Part shown: piece by piece, positions 11,017 through 23,631 of the stretch | How the letters are laid out: every line of letters starts with the position of its first letter | How positions within the stretch are numbered: position 1 is the first letter of the stretch | DNA from: Octopus sinensis | Lineage: Eukaryota | DNA: 64,000 nucleotides | Reading direction: 5' to 3' | NCBI RefSeq assembly: GCF_006345805.1 | Contig: NC_043001.1 | Coordinates: 25,110,001-25,174,000 of the forward strand | Translations under genes and position numbers: made by a program | Notes under the pieces: generated by a model | Told to the model about the DNA's origin: nothing | The model's database searches: none | What the model saw: only the letters and a program-made list of their open reading frames with translations

Positions 11017-11358
11017 ACTAGCTTAAAAGCTCCCTATCGTGCGGCTTTCAAGCTAGTATGTAGCTTTTAAATAACTAACCCCGAATGGGAAGATCTGCAA
11101 ACAGACCTCTGACTTGTTTTGGCGAATTTGTTGCAATTGCTTCCTCCAGAGTCATATCCCAATGATGATTATATTCATCACTAAAAAAAAACGTGTAAAA
11201 AATATCACCGAAAACAATTGAAGTTATGAAAACATAGGAATCCAAAATTTCAGGATTACAGGTCCGGATTCATCCTGGAATGTTTTTAACTAACTCACAG
11301 AGACAAAGTTGAAAATGTGTGACACACTGACACACTGACATTCACATTTATTATATTT
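11017..11358. mobile_element. Non-autonomous Helitron/Helentron (HINE-like) candidate
   Basis: Starts ACTAGCTT...AAGCTAGT hairpin; ends with GACACACT repeats and CATTTATTATAT; the same 3' end recurs at ~12140 and ~12590. Confidence 0.45.
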
Positions 11359-11408
11359 TTGGAGTAACTGTAATTCAATTAAAGTGCATTTTATATATAT
11401 GTGTGTAG

Positions 11409-11439
<31 letters not shown>

Positions 11440-11449
11440 ATGGGTGTAA

Positions 11450-11955
11450 GAAGTGGTAGTGGTGGAGTGGGGAAACTGAAGTGTTAATGACAGAAAATTG
11501 TAGTGGTGGTGGTAGTGGTGGTGGGTGTGGTGGTGGTGGTGGTGGTGGTGGTGGTGGTGTGGTGGTGGTGGTGGTGGTGGTGGGTGGTGGTGGTGGTGGT
11601 GGTGGGTGTGGTGGTTGTGGTGGTGGTGGTGGTGGTGGTGGTGGTGGTGGTGGTGGTGGTGGTAGTGGTGGTGGTGGTGGTGGTTGTGGTGGTGGTGGTG
11701 GTGGTTGGTGGTGGTGGTGGTGGTGGTGGTGGTGGCAGCAGTGATAGCAATGGCAGTGCTAGTAGTTGTAGTAGCGGAAGTAGTGTGGATGAGAATGGTT
11801 AGTAGTGTCTTTTGATGGTGATGGTAGTGATGGTGTCGGTGCTGGTGGTTGTGGTAGTATTGGTGGTGGTGGTATTGGATATGGTTTTGTGATTAAGGTT
11901 GTGTTGGTAATGGTGGTGATGGTGATGGTGGTGTTTGTGGTGATAATGGTGGTAC
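11450..11955. repeat. (GGT)n G-rich low-complexity tract
   Basis: Direct reading; source of the poly-G/V/T/W pseudo-ORFs. Confidence 0.95.
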
Positions 11956-12047
11956 TTTTAATAAAATATCAACTCTCCCTAAATTTCTTTGTCTCTCTTT
12001 CTCTTTTTTGTCTCTCCCTCTCTTTTTCTTTCTCTCTCTCTCTCTTT

Positions 12048-12452
12048 GCCACCACACTCACTAGCTCTACGCCTATAATTACTTTCACTCCAGCACAAGG
12101 AAGTGTCATTGAAAAGTGAGAGAGTCAGTCAAAGTGTGACACACTGACACACAGAAATTAGTTTTTGCATTTATTATATTAGATGTTTAGTTTTGGGGAA
12201 ACCTGTATCTCATTTAAAGTGTATTTTTTATATATGCGTGTGTGTGTGTATACATATATATGTGTATGTGTGTGTATACATATGTGTGTGTGTGCGTGCG
12301 TGTGTGTGTATGTATGTATGAATGTATTAAAGAAAGCAAAAAAATAATGCAAAAATGATAGTGTCCAGTAGCTGTTTCAGTATGCTAACCACAGGAATTT
12401 CTGTCCAAGAAAGTTGTACATCTCCCTCTATCTCTAACTCTATCTCTCACAT

Positions 12453-12497
<45 letters not shown>

Positions 12498-12637
12498 TCA
12501 CCACCGCCCTCGCTGTCTCTATGCCTACTATTACCCTCACCCCAGCACAAGGAAGTATCATTAAATAGTGAGAGTGGAGGGTCGAAGTGTGATACACTGA
12601 CACACAGAAATTAGTTTTCGCATTTATTATATTAGAT
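12048..12637 (+). repeat. Diverged direct duplication of a Helitron-like 3' end (12048-12184 vs ~12500-12637)
   Basis: Both read CCAGCACAAGGAAGT.TCATT...ACACTGACACACAGAAATTAGTTTT.GCATTTATTATATTAGAT. Confidence 0.7.
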
Positions 12638-13445
12638 ATACATACATGTGTGTGTGTGTGTGTGTGTTTATATATAATCATTTAATATTCATTTTCTACG
12701 CTAGAATCAGTTGATGTTTGACAGGACTGCATCAAGCTTCTATGTCAGCCTTGGCATATTTTCGACAGCTGGATGCTCCTCCTAAAACTAAGCACTTTAC
12801 AATATGTACTGGGTGCATTTTCATGTCACCAACACAAATAAAGTTGCCTAGTGACTTGCAAAACAAGAGAAGATAAAGAAAAAAAACTGCTTCAACTGGG
12901 TGGGGGTGTATTTCACAGATGGGAAAGGTTTTGGGAAACTGCCAGGTTTTGGAAAACTGAAGTACAATAGAGAGACAAATGCAGATTATTGTAGAGGTGA
13001 TACATGGCTAACCCACATTATATAAAGGTGGTTGGGCACATCTGGAAAGAAGATAGAGATGATGGTGACAAGATACCAGAATACCTCAAGATAGAAGGTG
13101 AGTATGAGAAGGAGAGTGTGCAAAGAGTTGATCAAGACAGGGAGAGGGGTAGGAATAATTTCATAAGAGTGTCAGAGGAGGGTAACAGATGATTAGAGAT
13201 GGGGGTTGGAGATGAATGTAGTGGGTGATAAACAAGGGTAGAGTTGTGGTGTATGGGAAATATCAGTGAGGAGGGGTTATGGTAAGGTGGGGGAGAGAGA
13301 GAGAAGCTACGAGAGAAAATAAGGGGTATGATGTGCAAGGTGATGTACAGCAACAGAGATGGAGGCTGGAGGTACATAAGGGTGGCTATAGTGAGGTGAG
13401 GTGGAAATACGTTAATGCCAGATATGAGAGGGCATAGAGGAGGAG

Positions 13446-13448
<3 letters not shown>

Positions 13449-13496
<48 letters not shown>

Positions 13497-13685
13497 CCTC
13501 CTCCTCCTCCTCCATTAACGTCCATTTTCCATACTGACATGGGTTGAACGGTTTGACCAGAGCTGGCAAGCCAGAGAGCTGCCCCGGGTCCCAGTTTGAT
13601 TTGTCTTGGTTTCTGTGACTGGATGCTCTTCCTAATGCCAACCACTTTATAGAGTGTGTTGGGTGCTTCTAACGTGGTTCCAGCA
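13449..13685 (-). mobile_element. RTE 3'-end fragment with (GAT)n tail
   Basis: Reverse complement of TGGCATTAGGAAGGGCATCCAGCTGTAGAAAC...CATGGAAA..GGACGTTAA(ATG)n seen at the end of the RTE at 28565-30196. Further copies at ~12690, 14795, 18115, 44275, 52690, 53940 and 56220. Confidence 0.75.
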
Positions 13686-13831
13686 TGACAGTGCAGAAGC
13701 ATTGTCTATAAATGCTTATCAATATAGAATTTCATTATAGGGACAACTCTTCTGTGAAACGATCATAAGATGCTTTAAATAATTAATTCAAAACTTTTAA
13801 ACTGTCATATACATTATATATTTATACTTAT

Positions 13832-13899
13832 GGCGGTGCCCCAGCATGGCCACAGCTCGTGAGCTGAAACTAGATAAAATTTAAAAAATAAAATAAAAT
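13832..13899 (+). mobile_element. Extremely 5'-truncated CR1-like 3' tip
   Basis: GGCGGTGCCCCAGCATGGCCACAGCTCGTGAGCTGAAACTAGATAAAA matches the 3' end of the CR1-like element at 61308-61370(-); absent from the duplicated flank at ~14970-15110. Confidence 0.8.
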
Positions 13900-14059
13900 T
13901 ATACATATTTACATATATTTTTATACATATTTATATTTATTTATTTATATATATTTTAATACAACAATTATTTTTCACACGTGTATATCTTTCTGAGGTG
14001 TTTTGATATTGATTTCCTAATATTAATAATAATATATTATTAAATATATATATATGACA

Positions 14060-14760
14060 GTAAATATGAGAGGTGCTAGAGACAAGATAAATTTCTGACT
14101 GTTCTATGGCTCTTTAAGTTTCCACACCTTGTTTTTCAGACTGACTTTTGTCTCTGTGTCCTTTTAGCTCTAAGTCTGAAGTCACAAACCACTAACCTAT
14201 TTCTTTATTACGCACAAGGTGCTAAATATAGAGAGGACAAACAAGGACAGACATAGGTATTAAGTCGATTATAACGCATTCAGCGCGTAACTGGTACTTA
14301 ATTTATCGACCCCCGAAAGGATGAAAGGCAAAGTCGACCTTGGCAGAATTTGAACTCACAACGTAATGGCAGTTGAAATACCACGAAGCATTTCGCCGGC
14401 GCGCTAACGTTTCTGCCAGCTAACCTATATGAAAAACTACATTCTTCACCAAGGAAGAATTTTGCATTTACAAGTCAATATGGTTTATATGTCCACCAAA
14501 TTGATAGGCAATTAGGTGACTGACTGGTTCCCTGAAGTTAGTGTTAGGGATCAACAAGTCATTTCCATCCCAGAACTCAAGCAGCCATGTTCCCTCCTTA
14601 TTTCTTGATCCATGTACAGCATGAAATCTATTGGAGTTCTGTTCGATATATCTGTTAAGTGTCCAGCTATGGCAATAGGCTCATTTTTATTTGTCCCCAA
14701 AGTAATCCACAATGGGACTGTTCATCTGCCAGTCCAGCTCATGAAACAAAATGCAGAGTT
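14060..14760 (-). pseudogene. RTE apurinic endonuclease fragment interrupted by SINE C
   Basis: Minus-strand HGSRNKEGTWLLEFWDGNDLLIPNTNFREPVSHLIAYQFGGH and RLVVCDFRL motifs. Confidence 0.7.
14201..14419 (-). mobile_element. SINE family C
   Basis: Family homology; 9-bp TSD CTAACCTAT (14192-14200, 14420-14428). Confidence 0.85.
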
Positions 14761-15240
14761 GTCACTGTTACATTATTCAAAACAAGTAGGTGCATCATCA
14801 TCATCATCATCGTTTAACATCTGTTTTCCATGCTAGCATGGGTTGGACAGTTCGACCGGTGTCTGGGAAATCAGGAGGCTGAACCAGGTTCCAGTCTGAC
14901 CTGACAGTGTTTCTACAGCTGGATGCCCTTCCTAACACCAACCACTCAGTGAGTGTAATGGGTGCTTTTTACATTATATATTTATACTTATACATATTTA
15001 CATATATTTATATTTTTAATACAATTATTTTACACACGTATATATCTTTCTGAAGAATTTTCTAATATTGATTTCCTGATATTAATAATAATATATTATA
15101 AAATATATATAATCGCTCATATTAAATATATAAATACTTTGATACAATACAGCACTCTATATAAATTCAGTATATAATATTTTCATTGAATATATTTAAC
15201 TAAAGATTTATGTATATATACATACATACACATATATATA

Positions 15241-15708
15241 TCATCATCATCATCATCATCATTTAACGTCCGCTTTCCATGCTAGCATGGGTTGGATGAT
15301 TTGACTGAGGTCTGGTGAACCAGATTTCAATCAGATCTGGCAGAGTTTCTACAGCTGGATGCCCTTCCTAACGCCAACCACTCCGAGAGTGTAGTGGGTG
15401 CTTTTACGTGCCACCGGCACGAGGGCCAGTTTGGTGGTACTGGCAACGGCCATGCCCAAATGGTGCTTTTTATGTGCCACCTGCACAGGAGCTAGTCCAG
15501 TGGTACTGGTGACGACCTCACTCAAATGTTTCACATGCCACCAGCACAAGTGCTAATAAGGCAACGCAGTAATGATCACGCTCAAATGGTGTATTTAATG
15601 TGCCATCGGCATGAAGGCCAGTTTGTTGCTCAGGCAACGACCTCACTCGTATGGTACTCTTAGCGCTCCACTAGCAATGGATGCAAGTCACCGAGTTTGA
15701 TTTCGACT
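15241..15708 (-). mobile_element. RTE 3' UTR fragment with internal tandem GGTGCTTTT..GTGCCAC units
   Basis: Reverse complement of 27935-28315. Confidence 0.8.
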
Positions 15709-15727
15709 TCAATATATATATATATAT

Positions 15728-15933
15728 GACCGCGTGTGTACCGTTGGCGATTTTTTTTCCTGTCTTCCCTTCTCTGGATCTTTCCTTCTCCTATGTTTCC
15801 GATGAAGAGCTCCACTCGAAACGCTAAACCCTCCTTCTTCCCTTCCTTCCTGAGCGTCCAATAATACTATATTTGTTCCACGTCCTCGCGTTGTTGTGTT
15901 TTCTCTTTGTGTTTTCATGTTTGGATTAACTTT
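15728..15933 (+). mobile_element. (TA)n-embedded element with hammerhead-like motif (family H2)
   Basis: GTTTCCGATGAAGAGCTCCACTCGAAAC at 15795-15822; related copy at 50356-50553(-). Confidence 0.7.
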
Positions 15934-15948
15934 ATATATATATATATA

Positions 15949-16314
15949 CACTACCGTCAGAAATTAATTAGCACCCTTCACTCAAGGTATGTGCTGTCAC
16001 CTAGTGGCCATATCTCGAACTATTGCTTTGTTGCGAGTTCACTGTTGCGCAGAACGATGATGTAACTTTGTTTGCAGAGCAGTTTGAGAGTCTACAGCCT
16101 TATGATGTTGACATAGCAGTGCAACAACTTGGAGTGCGGATGCAGACAAATCTTCCTTTGTTTAATAGATATAGGTAGCGCCTCGCAAGGACCGAAATCA
16201 CACCATACTAAGTTTTCTCATCGCGTAAGACGTTTTGAACAGCTCATAGGTTAATTGATTTAACCTATTTAATGTAGAAATTTGAGAAGTGCTAATTAAT
16301 TTCTGACGCAAGTG
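15949..16314. mobile_element. Tc1-type MITE
   Basis: 26-bp TIRs CACTACCGTCAGAAATTAATTAGCAC / GTGCTAATTAATTTCTGACGCAAGTG with TA flanks. Confidence 0.8.
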
Positions 16315-16858
16315 TATATATACACACACACATGTCATCCATCCATGCATATAAGCACACACAACATGGAGATGTGCATATGTAATATACATAAACATCA
16401 TCATTTGACGTATGTTTTCCCAAGCAGGAATGGAAAGATGATTTTCACATTCTATCTTGCTCCAATTTCAGGTTTTTATGCTATCTAATGCAGTTACTTT
16501 CAAATAAGCATTTTTATTTTACACAATGCCTGGAGTTAAAACTATAGGATGGTCACGAATCTGACAAATTCTTAATGAAAATAATAAATTAGCAGGTAGT
16601 TTAATTAGTATGTTTCTTAATTTCACATCCAAGTTAAAACTAAAAAAAAAATTTTGATTGCATTAATTACAGGTCTATTTTAATTATTATACATTGTGAT
16701 TGTTCTAACAGCTGACTGTTAGAAACAAAACAGAAGTGATAGCATCGTTAATTAGTTATGGGATGGTGGAGGTGGTGATGGGCTAAAACGAATAATTTTC
16801 TTTTTTTAAGAAAGTATTCTGCTGAACTGTTTTACTTCAATATTTTAAATTTTGCCTT

Positions 16859-16938
<80 letters not shown>

Positions 16939-18899
16939 ATTCTCTCTCTCTCTCTCGCTCTCACTCTTGCTCCCTTCCTTTCACTACTTAAGTATGATGT
17001 TTCCATAAACAGTACTAACCAACTGCATGTCATCTCTCTTCCATCTCTCTCCTGTCTACCATTTCTATTCTGCTACTTTGCACTATCAGACATCCTCCAC
17101 TCCCCCACTCACACCAGGCACCTCTGACCCCTCTCATTCTTACCCACTTTGTACCTTGAAGGTCTACCACGACACCTCATCACCACTATTTTTATCATGT
17201 TCCAGATCCACCCAGTCATCCCCACCCTCTCTTCTAGAATGTGAGTAGTCATGTAGCTCTCTACAACAAGAACTGTTCTTCTCTGACCCCATCTCTCATA
17301 ATTTAACCCCTTATTTCCAAGCATTAAGTTTCCCTACCTCAGGGCTTGTAGTCTTGTAAGCAGCATGGCAACCTCAATAGTGCTGGTGGCACAAAAATAC
17401 ACACAATAAACAAAAGGATCTTCAGACGTTGGGCCTCACAGTGGGGATGACAGAGGACCAAGACTCCTGGTGGTTTCCTGTGCTTGAGAAGACACCCCAA
17501 GCTTAGTAAAATCGAAGCTGTCCTTGCATACAGGCATGTACCCTGCATACCCCTCCAGCTGAGTGTTCCCAATCTTGCAAGGCCATTAGAGTTGCTACCA
17601 TATAAAAAAACACTTGTACCATGTACCATGTAAATGCATCCATGCCAGTGCTGGAGCATTGTGAAATAAAGTGTCTTGCTCAAGAACACAACACGCTGTC
17701 AGAAATTAAACTCGCAACCTTACAATTGTGAGACGAATGTCCTAGCTATACAAAACCATGCAACCAATAAACATGTTGTGTCCAATTCAATTGCTTCTGC
17801 TCATCAAAGCTGGTTGGTTTCATGTCTCCCTTTATTTATGTACTCTTGACTCATTTGTCTCCTCTCCTCTCCTCTCATTACCTCTAAATGTGTCTACCCA
17901 CTTCAGGCCTCACACAAACTACTATGCCGAGTTTGTCCTGACCAGGACGTTGGCCCTCTGCTATTCATTTCCCAAATATGTTAGTCATACTCCTATCAAC
18001 TTGTAACTGTTTCTGAATAATATTAACAATATCAGTTTCTCAGTTTCAGAGGTCCTACAAATATCATAAGCACTGCCTCTTCCTCAAGAGCAAATATATA
18101 TGTGTGTGTGTGTCTCCTACACTCTTGGAGTGGTTTCTACACTCTCGGAGTGTTTGGCGTTAGGAGGGGTATCCAGCTGTAGAGACTCTGCCAAATCAAG
18201 ATTGGAGCCTGGTGCAGCCATCTGGTTCACCAGCCCACAGTCAAATCGTCCAACCCATGCTAGCATGGAAAGCGGACGTTAAACGATGATGATGATGATA
18301 CACACACACACACATGCAGTTAAATATGTCTGGTCATAGAGTGACGAATAGTTTCACATCCATAAAGCATTAAGTTTCATGGACAGCTTGTCAGACTCAA
18401 ATGGCAGATGGCTTATATCCCTCTTCAAAGAGGAGATAGAAAACCGTTATGGTCAGTAAATTTGTAAACAAATACTAAAATACCGTTTGAGGCTTGTCCA
18501 AGTTATCTCCCTTAGATTAGTTTGGATGCCAAATTTTATGGATTTAAATGGTGAAAGGGAAATCTCTTCCCATAAGCTGTTTCCATTTTGTGGGAACTTT
18601 TTCAGTTCTAATCGATGAATGAGGAATCCCACGCCTGTAGCAGGTAGCATCTGAAATGGGGGCATGGGCTTTAAATCTTGTTTCTAGAATTTAGTATGGA
18701 TGCTGAGTCTTTAAGGATCTTTGCTTGCTTTGTTATGCAAAACAAGCATAGTCCACTTCCATTTATGTAGGGCCCAGCTATTCAATGACCTTCCATTTAA
18801 TTTTGTACGAGGCTCCATTATCCTTGAGGCGCATGTATGGCTGGCCAGTGACATGACGTATCGTCCTTCCTGGACCCTGAAAGAGGATCTGTGGTCATA

Positions 18900-19134
18900 C
18901 ATATTTCTTTACTACCCACAAGGGGCTAAACACACAGAGGACAAACAAGGACAGACAAAGGGATTAAGTCGATTATATCAACCCCAGTGCGTAATTGGTA
19001 CTTATTTAATCGACCCCGAAAGGATGAAAGGCAAAGTCGACCTCAGTGCAATTTGAACTCAGAACGTAACGGCAGACGAAATACTGCTAAGCATTTCGTC
19101 CAGCGTGCTAATGTTTCTGCCAGCTCACCGCCTT
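18900..19134 (-). mobile_element. SINE family C inserted in the PLE GIY-YIG domain
   Basis: 13-bp TSD ATCTGTGGTCATA (18887-18899, 19135-19147). Confidence 0.9.
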
Positions 19135-19342
19135 ATCTGTGGTCATAGAGACGCCACTTAATGGTAGTTCTGGAAGACCCAATATATCTCCAAACTTGAG
19201 TGCTGGCTGTGTTCTCACTCCTTGTGTTGGTTCCAGGCCCAGGGTTGATGTTGCTGCCACTACAGTCACTGGAGCTGTCGTGCCATTATTACAGGTTGTA
19301 GTTGTCGTTGCGGTAGTCGGTCATAGTACTACTGCTGCTGCT

Positions 19343-19730
19343 GCTGCTGCTGCTGTTGCTGTTGAGCGAAGCGGTCTTCGTCCCAGAGCTTGCAAGATGG
19401 GAGAAGTCCGAATCGTGGTCCTTTGCTATTCATAAGACCCGCAGAAGACAAAGCAGGTCAACCCCCAACACCGAGAGCATCAACGGATAGATGAATGCGC
19501 ATCCAGGCTCAGAATTTGCATAGGAAGTAGAGGACAAGAAACAGGAAGAAAGAGTGAGAGGAAGTTGGGGCAAAAGAGTACAACAGGGGTCGCCACCACC
19601 CCGTGCCGGAGCCTTATGGAGCTTTAGGTGTTTTCACTCAATAAACACACACAACGCCCGGTCTAGGAATCGAAACCGCGATCCTCCGACCACGAGTCCG
19701 CTGCCCTAACCATTGGGCCATTGCGCCTCC
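19343..19730 (-). mobile_element. SINE family B, tail type 2 ending in (CAG/CAA)n
   Basis: Family B head; likely TSD ACTGCTGCTGCT (19331-19342, 19731-19742), ambiguous because it lies in a microsatellite. Confidence 0.8.
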
Positions 19731-19831
19731 ACTGCTGCTGCTACCACTGTAGCCAGTGGTTCTGTGATTACTGTCACTGTTAACAATGGGCATGGAATTG
19801 GCAGCCTCACTGGTGCTGCTGGTGTTGCTGT

Positions 19832-20335
19832 CTTCTTCTTCTTCTTCTTCTTCTTCTTCCAATCAGGTCTCACATCATTAGCCACAAAGAATAATTTCTA
19901 ATTCGAGCCTACTCAAAGCTACTAAGAATGCGTGTGGCAACTTGAAGATCCACCCACCACACGCGATAGACTGGAGGTTGCACGGGCACGAAATCTACAT
20001 TGTTATCCTCATTCCGTAAATGGTGGCTTTTAACAGGTGGAGAGCTGAACCATCCTGGGGTACAGAGGATTCACAATCTAGACTAGGGTCTGAAAGTTTA
20101 CCACACCATAGTGGGTTACACCATGTTCCTCTGCTTTGTGGCAGAAGTAGGCAGAAAGAGTGAGAGACAGTTGTGGTGAAAGAGTACAGCAGGGTTCACC
20201 ACCCTACCCTGCCGGAGCCTCGTGGACCTTAGGTGTTTTTGCTCAATAAACACTCAAAATGCCCGGTCTGGGAATCGAAACCGCGTTCTTACGACCGCGA
20301 TCCGCTGCCCTAACCACTGGGCCATTGCACCTCCA
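19832..20335 (-). mobile_element. SINE family B, tail type 3 ending in (GAA)n
   Basis: Family B head; 13-bp TSD CTGGTGTTGCTGT (19819-19831, 20336-20348). Confidence 0.85.
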
Positions 20336-21914
20336 CTGGTGTTGCTGTTGCTGATGGCATTGTGGCTGCTGTCACAGCTGACATTGGGCATGGGAGTGAT
20401 AGATTCGCTGGTGTTGCTGGTGTCATTATCTCCGGCTAAGGCACTAGTGCTGTTGGCTCTGTCGCTGCCATCGATGTTGGTGTTTCTGTCACTGCTATCA
20501 CCACCATCGATGTTGGATGAACTGCTGCTGCTATTACTCTGGTTACTAGGCCTCGATACCATCACAGCTTCAAACACAATTCCCTCAGCCTTGCATTGGC
20601 CCCATCCTCCAGCCCCACTTCACAGTCATTGTACTCCTTGCATAAGCAATCGACATCCCCCACATTTTATGGGTGTTAGCTAATAGTCTTTTCATATTGA
20701 GTGCACAACTAAAGGAGACCCTTAGGTTGTGACTATTAAACAAACATCCATACCTGTGTGTCTGTATGAAGTGCTTATCTACTAAGCTGAGGAAAAGTCT
20801 TCCCACACAGGTCTTGACATTGAGTGAGAAGGGTGGAGTAAACCAAGTGATGTTCCAGCGACACTTCTTTTTTGTGAGTGCTAGGGCCCTGCATATAGGA
20901 GATGCATCCTAAAATTCACTGGCCACGCGGGCTTCATTGTAATAGGGGTGGTAGCATGGAAAATTTCTTGATTCAAGGATAAGCTTGTGATCTGCTTGCT
21001 AACACCCTTCACTGGGTTCTTCAACATGATAGGCAGGTGGCAGGTGGCTGTGTTATGTAGGACAGCCTCTTATTTGGTTTATGGTAGAGCTTGTATGAAC
21101 TGGATCCCAAGTCTAGAGTGACATCTAGGAAGTCTCCGATAATGAGGTTAGTCTCAATGGTTATTTTGAGTCCCATAGAGCCTGGGACACTAATTAGATC
21201 TTTTCTAAGCCTATCATGGGTGTACCTGTTGGCTCCTCTGGAAATAGCCAGAGCATCATCTCTGCAGAGATTAAAGAGGACTAATGGAAACTTCTTCCCT
21301 AAGGTGTCCAGGATGTATAGGCCAATAAAGTCATAAATGTCAGCACTGTCATTGCTATGACAAAGGAACCCTTGGGGTTTGATTGCTTGACCCATGTTGA
21401 ATCTTTATTAAATAGCACCATTCTCCTGGCATGCATGATGATGTCTATGTCCCTATTGCTAATTTCAGTGAAGCTCCTAGCCAAGGAAAGTGCCTTGATC
21501 AGCAACTCATTCAGTATGGATGGGTAAAAGTCGAATATATCGAATTGTGTAAACCATGCTCTGCCCCTCTCCTGGTTCGTATTAAATCCCGAAATCATCT
21601 CATTGGTGATGTGCCATAATGAGAGGTTGGAGGCTTTCCTTATGTATGTATATATATATATATATATATAAAGATGGGAATGTGTGTCTGTCTGTCTGTC
21701 TGTGTGTCTGTGTGAATCCTTAAAACTTGAGAACTACACAACCAATTTCATTCAAATTTTACACATGCCTTACTTAGGGTTCGTGTAGTGTCATGGGCAA
21801 AAAAATTTTTAACTTCTTGCCTAGTGCGAGCCCACAGTGTGACTAAACCCAGAACCATATGGTTCAGAAGCAAGCTTCTTATCACACTGCCATACCTGCA
21901 CCTATAAATAAATG

Positions 21915-21964
<50 letters not shown>

Positions 21965-21975
21965 TATATATATAT

Positions 21976-22160
21976 GTTCGCCCTGATAGATCACTACCCA
22001 CTACACATTCTTTATTTTCTCTCCTTGTTTCTTTTTGTGCTCCTTTCTGTGGAAGAGCATAGGCTCGAAACATTAAAAGCATCCAACTAATATATCTGTT
22101 TGTTGTCTACACCACCTGTCTTCGGCTTTTGTTTTTCTTCTTATTTTGTGAATTCTCCCT
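21976..22160 (+). mobile_element. Hammerhead-like mini-element family H1
   Basis: CTGTGGAAGAGCATAGGCTCGAAAC at 22047-22071; (TA)n on both sides. Confidence 0.7.
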
Positions 22161-23231
22161 ATATATATATATAGTGTAGTAAAGAAAAAGCAGCATCCAT
22201 GTTCTTATGACTGGTCTTTAAGACTTTAAGACTGATAGAAGAAAAGGCAAGAATGAACCATGATACTATGATACATGCAGTTGGAAGCAGCACATGAATT
22301 AAACATACTAGTTCTTAAGTTCTGTCCTAAACTGCTTCTTATTTAACAATCTCTTATATTTCATTAGCCTTCCATCAGATTTCATATGGTTTAGCACTTG
22401 ATATTCTCTTTTGAAACTATTTCAGATAACAAAGGAATTTATATGAATTATATATTCACTCAAGTCTTGATTAATTAGTGTCTCTAACTTTACCATTATC
22501 TATTGCAATACCTTTACCATCTTTTTTTAAGAGCACCAGATTACCTGGAGGTTTTCTCAGATTTCCTTTATTTCTGACTTCTGTGGATACATTATACCTT
22601 AAGTCTAAACTTCTTACTTGGCCTCTCTTCATTCCATTCACAGTCCTTATTTAACAGCTGTGCTTACATGCTATGTTTGCTCATTATCACTAATTTTCAG
22701 CCTACCAGTGTTATTGTGCTGGCATTTTTCTCATGTTTTATCATAGTTTGCAATCACCATCTGTTTTGACGTTCTGAATGCATCATATTTTTCAGCTCTG
22801 CTTTTTAACACATTCATACATCTCACATACTTGTCCTTTCTTTCTTTCTTTCTTTCCTTTTTTTTTTTTTTGCTTCAAAGACTACTTTCCACCTTGATAT
22901 CTATTCTCAGGATATTAAATTTTAATTTGTTTTCTTCATATTCTTTCTTTTTCCTTTTCTTGACAAAAAGCATCACAACATTTCACTACTATGTTGATAA
23001 GATGCATTTTTTTTTTCAGTGGTTACTACAAAGAAAACTTCATTCACTCTTGTGAACTGTCATAAACATTACAAACAATAACATGCTTCAAATAACTGAC
23101 TTTATTTTCTTTATATTCTTTCGCACACAATATGGATGCTAAAATATCCTTTGCTAAAATTTAAATGTCATAACTGAAAAAGTGAAATCATTTTCATAGA
23201 TTTTCAATTTACTTTAAAATTCTATCCAATG

Positions 23232-23631
23232 TAGGAATGGCTGTATGGTAAGTAGCTTGCTTACGAACCACATGGTTCTGGGTTCAGTCCCACTGCTTGG
23301 CACCTTGGGCAAGTGTCTTCTACTATAACCTCAGGCCGACCAAAGCCTTGTGAGTGGATTTGGTAGACAGAAACTGAAAGAAGCCCATCGTATATATGTA
23401 TAACTATATATATGTATGTGTTTGTGTGTTTGTGTTTGTCCCCCCAACATCGCTTGACAACCAATGCTGGTGTGTTTACATCCCCGTAACTTAGTGGTTC
23501 AGCAAAAGACACCGATAGAATAAGTACTAGGCTTCCAAAGAATAAGTCCTGGGGTCGATTTGTTTGACTAAAGGCGGTGCTCCAGCATGACCACAGTCAC
23601 ATGACTGAAACAAGTAAAAGAGTAAAAGAGT
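23232..23631 (+). mobile_element. SINE family A, near full length
   Basis: Head, (GT)n middle and (GTAAAAGA)n tail. Confidence 0.85.

Larger units (their letters stand above)
18330..21640 (-). mobile_element. Penelope-like element copy 2: RT, Cys linker, GIY-YIG endonuclease split by a long loop, 3' UTR; three nested SINEs
   Basis: FTQFDIFDFYPSI, IGLYIL, CRDDAL, DFLDVTLDL, LVDKHF, CLCKEYNDC..GQCKAEGIVF (~20572), then YIGSSRTTIKWRLYDHR|SSF...IKWKVI...ILNSRNKI*SPCPH ending ~18608. Confidence 0.85.

Noticed and set aside
11481-12119. Gly/Val/Thr-rich ORFs
   Set aside because: Translations of (GGT)n microsatellite, open in several frames on both strands.
19731-20430. Segmental duplication of PLE loop plus SINE head
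   Set aside because: The two SINEs have different tails and separate TSDs; they are independent insertions into an internally repetitive loop.
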